64,000 nt of DNA from an uncultured Clostridia bacterium (GTDB lineage Bacteria; Bacillota; Clostridia; Christensenellales; Borkfalkiaceae), in contig CANQQY010000002.1 in the NCBI GenBank assembly GCA_947626105.1, positions 101,083 through 165,082 on the forward strand, written 5' to 3'. Shown one piece after another: positions 60,537-64,000 of the stretch (its first letter is position 1; each line of letters opens with the position of its first letter). The translations under genes and the position numbers were made by a program. The notes beneath the pieces are model-generated. The model had not been told where the DNA came from, did not search any database, and worked only from the letters and a program-made list of their open reading frames with translations.

Positions 60537-61034
60537 CTATCTTACGCCGAACAGCGACGAAAATCTGCTGGTAAACGCATGGCAGAGCGCGACGGCGAGG
60601 GCGTCGGCGGCGTCGTCGGGACGGGGGATCTCTTTCAGGCGCAGATGGGAAGCCGTCACCCGCTGCATCTGCTGTTTATCCGCCGCCCCGTAGCCCGTGA
60701 GCGCCTGTTTGATCTGGTTGGGGGTATACTCGAAGATCTTCCCGCACCGCTTGTTGCAGGTGAGAAGCATCACCCCTCTCGCATGGGCGACGGCAATGCC
60801 CGTCGTGATGTTTTTGGAGAAGAACAGCTCCTCCATGGCGGCTTCCTCGGGCGCGAATTTATCGAAGATCGCATTGAGCTTTTCTTCGAGAATACACAGC
60901 CTGACGGGAAAACTTTCGCCCGCGGGCGTTTTGATTGCGCCGAAGTCCACGGGGAAGCAATTCCCCCGCGCGTCCTTTTCGATGACGCCGTATCCCATCG
61001 TGCCGTATCCCGGATCAAGCCCCAAAATGATCAT
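60537..61034 (-). CDS. ruvC: Crossover junction endodeoxyribonuclease RuvC
   Basis: MIILGLDPGYGTMGYGVI and the C-terminal DAADALAVALCH. Confidence 0.9.
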   Translation of the reverse strand: MIILGLDPGYGTMGYGVIEKDARGNCFPVDFGAIKTPAGESFPVRLCILEEKLNAIFDKFAPEEAAMEELFFSKNITTGIAVAHARGVMLLTCNKRCGKIFEYTPNQIKQALTGYGAADKQQMQRVTASHLRLKEIPRPDDAADALAVALCHAFTSRFSSLFGVR

Positions 61035-61040
61035 GCGTTT

Positions 61041-61070
61041 ATTTTACAATAAAAAACGCCTTTCTGTCAA
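61041..61070 (-). promoter_or_regulatory. Promoter with leaderless geometry for ruvC
   Basis: Minus strand reads TTGACA, 18 nt, TAAAAT (61046-61041), then 6 nt and ATG 61034. No Shine-Dalgarno site. Confidence 0.45.
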
Positions 61071-61077
61071 GGGACGC

Positions 61078-61106
61078 TTGCTTTTTTTCGGGAAAAGATG
61101 TACAGT
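61078..61106 (+). promoter_or_regulatory. Promoter of the YggS-family gene
   Basis: TTGCTT, 17 nt, TACAGT. It overlaps the track ORF start at 61098, which argues for the start at 61125. Confidence 0.45.
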
Positions 61107-61124
61107 AATTGCGGAGAAAACAAC

Positions 61125-61835
61125 ATGATCGAAGAAAACGTCCGTAAAATCTTACACGAGATCGAAGGCGGCAACGGGAAGGGAGAGAAGATCACTCTCG
61201 TCGCCGCGACCAAGACGCGCACGCCCGAAGAGATCTGCCGCGCGGTGCAGGCGGGGATCGAAGCGGTCGGCGAAAACAAGGTGCAGGAGTTTTGCGCCAA
61301 ATATGACCTGATCCGCGGCGCAGAGCGGCACTTTATCGGCAATTTGCAGACGAATAAGGTGAAATATCTCATCGGACGGTGCGATCTCATCCACTCGGTG
61401 GGCAGCATGCGCCTTGCGGAGGAGATCTCCCGCCTGTCCGTCCGCGGAAACGTCACGCAGGACATCCTCATCGAGATCAACGTCGGCGGGGAGACGTCCA
61501 AGGGCGGCTTCCCCTATGAAGAGGCGGAAACCGCGCGCAGACAGATCTCCGCGCTCGGCGGGATCTCCGTCAGGGGCTTTATGGCGATGCTTCCCGAAAG
61601 CGGCGATCCCTCCCTTCTCACCCCTCTCGCAGTAAAAATGCGCCGCCTCTTCGAGAGTGCGCGGGAGAGCGACGAAAAAATCTCTTTCCTCTCTATGGGA
61701 ATGAGCGGCGATTGGCGTCTGTGCGTAGAGCAGGGCTCCAACATGATCCGCCTCGGCACGGCGATCTTCGGGGAGAGAAACTATGCGCGGGACTTGCCGC
61801 ACGGCACGGTTATTTCCCCTTCCGACGGGGAATAA
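61125..61835 (+). CDS. yggS: YggS-family pyridoxal phosphate homeostasis protein
   Basis: LVAATKTRTPEEI, FIGNLQTNKVKYL and MGMSGD motifs. GGAG lies upstream of ATG 61125. Confidence 0.85.
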   Translation: MIEENVRKILHEIEGGNGKGEKITLVAATKTRTPEEICRAVQAGIEAVGENKVQEFCAKYDLIRGAERHFIGNLQTNKVKYLIGRCDLIHSVGSMRLAEEISRLSVRGNVTQDILIEINVGGETSKGGFPYEEAETARRQISALGGISVRGFMAMLPESGDPSLLTPLAVKMRRLFESARESDEKISFLSMGMSGDWRLCVEQGSNMIRLGTAIFGERNYARDLPHGTVISPSDGE

Positions 61836-61854
61836 ATGAGGAGAAGGAGAACTT

Positions 61855-62688
61855 ATGCCGTCCGCTATCACACATGAACTCATTGCAAAGAGCGCCCTCG
61901 CCCTGCTCCCGAAAGAGGAGCGGGCCTGTGCGGAAGCCGCGCCCGATTATTTTTATCTCGGGGCGCAGGGTCCCGACCTCTTTTTCTTCTACCGTCCCCT
62001 CTCGAAGGAATACAACTTCGGGAAACTCTTGCACCGCGGAAGGCTGTACGAATGGTTCTCCGCGCTCCTCGAAGGCCTAAAAACGCGGCAGGGGGAGACG
62101 CTTGAAAAGTGCCGCGCCTATGCGCTGGGCTTTTGCACCCACCTCGAGGGGGATTCCGCCTTCCACCCTTTCGTCTATACCTATATGGAGGAGAACGACC
62201 TCAAAAAACGGGAGCACCAGCGGATCGAAAACGATTGGGACGTCTATTTCGCGGCGACTTTGGAAGAAAAGACGGTCTATGGGTACGATTTCCCCTTCGA
62301 TCTGAAAAAAATCGCCCGCGAAGGCGTCCTGTACGAGTATGTCTCCGAAGCCGCCGCCCGCATGGGCAGAACGTTTGAAAAGAGAGCGTTTTCGCAGATG
62401 ATGCTTCTCTTCCGCCGCTACCTCATTCATTTCCACAAGAGACATCTGCGCTTTCTTTTGCCCTTTGCCTCCAAACTCTACCCCAAAAAGATCCCCGATC
62501 AAGGCGTGATCGGGGGAGAAGAATTTTTCAGGCAGAGCGGAGAAAAGGCGGCGGACGCGGACGACTTATTCCTCGCCTCGGCAGACGCCGCCGCCCGCCG
62601 CATGCAGGATTTTTTGCGTGCGGCGGAAGGGTCACCTCTCCCCCATACCTTTTCGCGCCATCTCTTGACGGGGGAAATCATGGAGTGA
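61855..62688 (+). CDS. Zinc-dependent phospholipase C-like family protein
   Basis: 277 aa. N-terminal SAITHELIA and GAQGPDLFFFY His/Asp motifs. Assigned from memory of the family. Confidence 0.45.
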   Translation: MPSAITHELIAKSALALLPKEERACAEAAPDYFYLGAQGPDLFFFYRPLSKEYNFGKLLHRGRLYEWFSALLEGLKTRQGETLEKCRAYALGFCTHLEGDSAFHPFVYTYMEENDLKKREHQRIENDWDVYFAATLEEKTVYGYDFPFDLKKIAREGVLYEYVSEAAARMGRTFEKRAFSQMMLLFRRYLIHFHKRHLRFLLPFASKLYPKKIPDQGVIGGEEFFRQSGEKAADADDLFLASADAAARRMQDFLRAAEGSPLPHTFSRHLLTGEIME

Positions 62689-62691
62689 GGG

Positions 62692-63170
62692 GGCAGATAA
62701 GGCTCCTCCCAAGGAGGAGCTGTCACCGCAAGGTGACTGAGGCGGGCATCTCGGCGCCCCTTCCAGGGGAGCTGTCTCGAACGTAGTGAGTGACTGAGGG
62801 GTTTCGAAACCCCTTTCCCCCTCGCAAGCTCGGGGGACTTCCCCTAAAAGGGGCAGCAAGGAATAAGGTGACGTAATCAGAACCATTGCCCACCCCCTTA
62901 ATCCCCCTCCTCGGGAGGGAGCATGGCTCCTCCCAAGGAAGAGCTGTCACCGCAGGTGACTGAGGTGGGCACGCTCTAAATCACGGTGCGAGGCGGGTTT
63001 CCCGCCGCTGCACGCCCACATTTGGCACCCTACGGGAGCCTTAATGTCCTGTGAAACAGAACGGGGACGGCCGAATCGCTTCTACAAGGCAAATGCACTA
63101 ACCCCTCGCTCGTATTTATTTTGAAAGTCCGCCCTACTCGGGCGGACTTTCATAAAGAAATCGAGCGAAA
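62692..63170. repeat. Intergenic mosaic repeat cluster R12
   Basis: Family A modules (GAGGGGTTTCGAAACCCCT), a family F unit (GAACCATTGCCCACCCCC...GGGAGGGAGCATGG), and D9. Confidence 0.85.
62973..63170 (+). repeat. Family D multi-hairpin element, copy D9
   Basis: GCTCTAAATCAC, then GGTGCGAGGCGGGTTTCCCGCCGCTGCAC, ATTTGGCACCCTACGGGAGCC, CCTGTGAAACAG, GGCCGAATCG, and CTCGCTCGTATTTATTTTGAAAGTCCGCCC..GGGCGGACTTTCATAAAGAAATCGAGCGAAA. It abuts the queH stop. Confidence 0.85.
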
Positions 63171-63176
63171 TAAAAA

Positions 63177-63764
63177 CTATCTCTTCGAATAAACGCATCC
63201 GCAGTAGTTCTGGCGGTAAAGGCCGTACTCCCGCGAGAGTTCTACGGAGCGCAGATACCCGCCCCGCTTTTTGAAATCGGACGGAAGGTAGGGAACGCCG
63301 TACTTTTCCGCCGCCGCAAACCCGATTTTGTTGATCGCGTCGCTGTTTTTGAGCGGGGAGACGGTGAGCGTCGTCCCGAACAGGTCGAACCCGTGCTCCT
63401 TTGCGGCCGCCGCCGTCCGTTCGAGACGGAGCGCAAAACAGCGCATGCACCGTGCCCCGCCCTCCTTTTCGTTTTCATAGCCGCGGGCGGCGGCGGAAAA
63501 CGCCTCGCTCTCGTAGTCGCAGTCGAGAAGGTCGGCAAGCCCCGTCTCTTTCAGGAGCCTCACTTGCTCCCCCTTGCGGCGAAGGTACTCCTCTTCGCTG
63601 TCGAGATTTGGATTGAAGTAAAAGACCGTCGTCCGAACAAGAGGCGCGACCTGCGTGAGGCAATAAGAGGAGCAGGGCGCACAGCAGCTGTGCAGAAGAA
63701 GCCGCTCCCCCGCATGCGCCTTTAAGACGGCGAGCATCTCTTTGTCGTAATTGATTTGATTCAT
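63177..63764 (-). CDS. queH: Epoxyqueuosine reductase QueH
   Basis: LLLHSCCAPCSSYCL and the C-terminal YRQNYCGC motifs of DUF208/QueH. Confidence 0.85.
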   Translation of the reverse strand: MNQINYDKEMLAVLKAHAGERLLLHSCCAPCSSYCLTQVAPLVRTTVFYFNPNLDSEEEYLRRKGEQVRLLKETGLADLLDCDYESEAFSAAARGYENEKEGGARCMRCFALRLERTAAAAKEHGFDLFGTTLTVSPLKNSDAINKIGFAAAEKYGVPYLPSDFKKRGGYLRSVELSREYGLYRQNYCGCVYSKR

Positions 63765-63767
63765 AAC

Positions 63768-63802
63768 AAAAGCCTCTTCGCGCGGAAGAGGCGTTATTTT
63801 TT
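63768..63802 (-). terminator. Terminator of the upstream DUF1292 gene, ending 7 nt before the queH ATG
   Basis: Minus strand reads GCCTCTTC-CGCGC-GAAGAGGC-TTTTGTT-ATG. Confidence 0.6.
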
Positions 63803-63815
63803 CTGCGGTGAGCGT

Positions 63816-64000
63816 TTACTCCTCGCCGCCGTCGAGTTCCGCCGCTTCGTCCGCGTCCTCGAAATCCTCGTACTGGTTGCAGAATTCCGCAAATACCTCG
63901 TCGAGAAGTTCGTCGTCCTCGATGGTCTCGAGCTCTTCGTTGTCCTCATCGCCGACGATATGGTAGATGGCGATCTCTTCGCCCTCATCATCGTTTTCCG
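63816..64000 (-). CDS. DUF1292-like acidic protein, C-terminal part (5' end outside the window)
   Basis: Frame not listed in the track. It translates ...ENDDEGEEIAIYHIVGDEDNEELETIEDDELLDEVFAEFCNQYEDFEDADEAAELDGGEE with TAA at 63816-63818. Confidence 0.55.
   Translation of the reverse strand, partial: ENDDEGEEIAIYHIVGDEDNEELETIEDDELLDEVFAEFCNQYEDFEDADEAAELDGGEE

Overview
This window looks like a chromosomal segment from a high-GC, spore-forming, Clostridia-like member of the Bacillota. Hand counts give about 55-65% G+C in genes. It is gene-dense and mostly housekeeping. The right half keeps the classic Firmicute order ruvC-ruvA-ruvB-queA-tgt-yajC-(TIGR04086 membrane protein)-SCIFF peptide/maturase-secD-secF-recJ-relA, all on the minus strand. 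Elsewhere I recognise ychF, nth, rpmF/yceD, ackA-pta, tmcAL, pnp/rpsO, a long-form SRP RNA, hemZ, queH, an Mrp/NBP35 ATPase, a GH43 lipoprotein and a STAS/anti-sigma/sigma module. There are also many sigma-A promoters at or within two mismatches of consensus, most with 17-nt spacers. Three things are not ordinary. (1) About 5 kb, roughly 8% of the window, consists of 12 intergenic clusters built from a small vocabulary of GC-rich hairpin modules. These include nine copies of a 170-230 nt multi-hairpin element, TIR-bounded MITE-like units, 52-53 nt tandem units, and a 158-nt inverted repeat pair (157/158 identical) bracketing queA. (2) A 2-kb AT-rich island next to the SRP RNA gene encodes two zinc-ribbon membrane proteins and a probably leaderless XRE regulator. 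(3) The 51-codon SCIFF precursor is missing from the ORF track. Many long ORFs in the track are antisense shadow frames and were rejected. All calls come from reading the sequence and motif recall; no searches were run.
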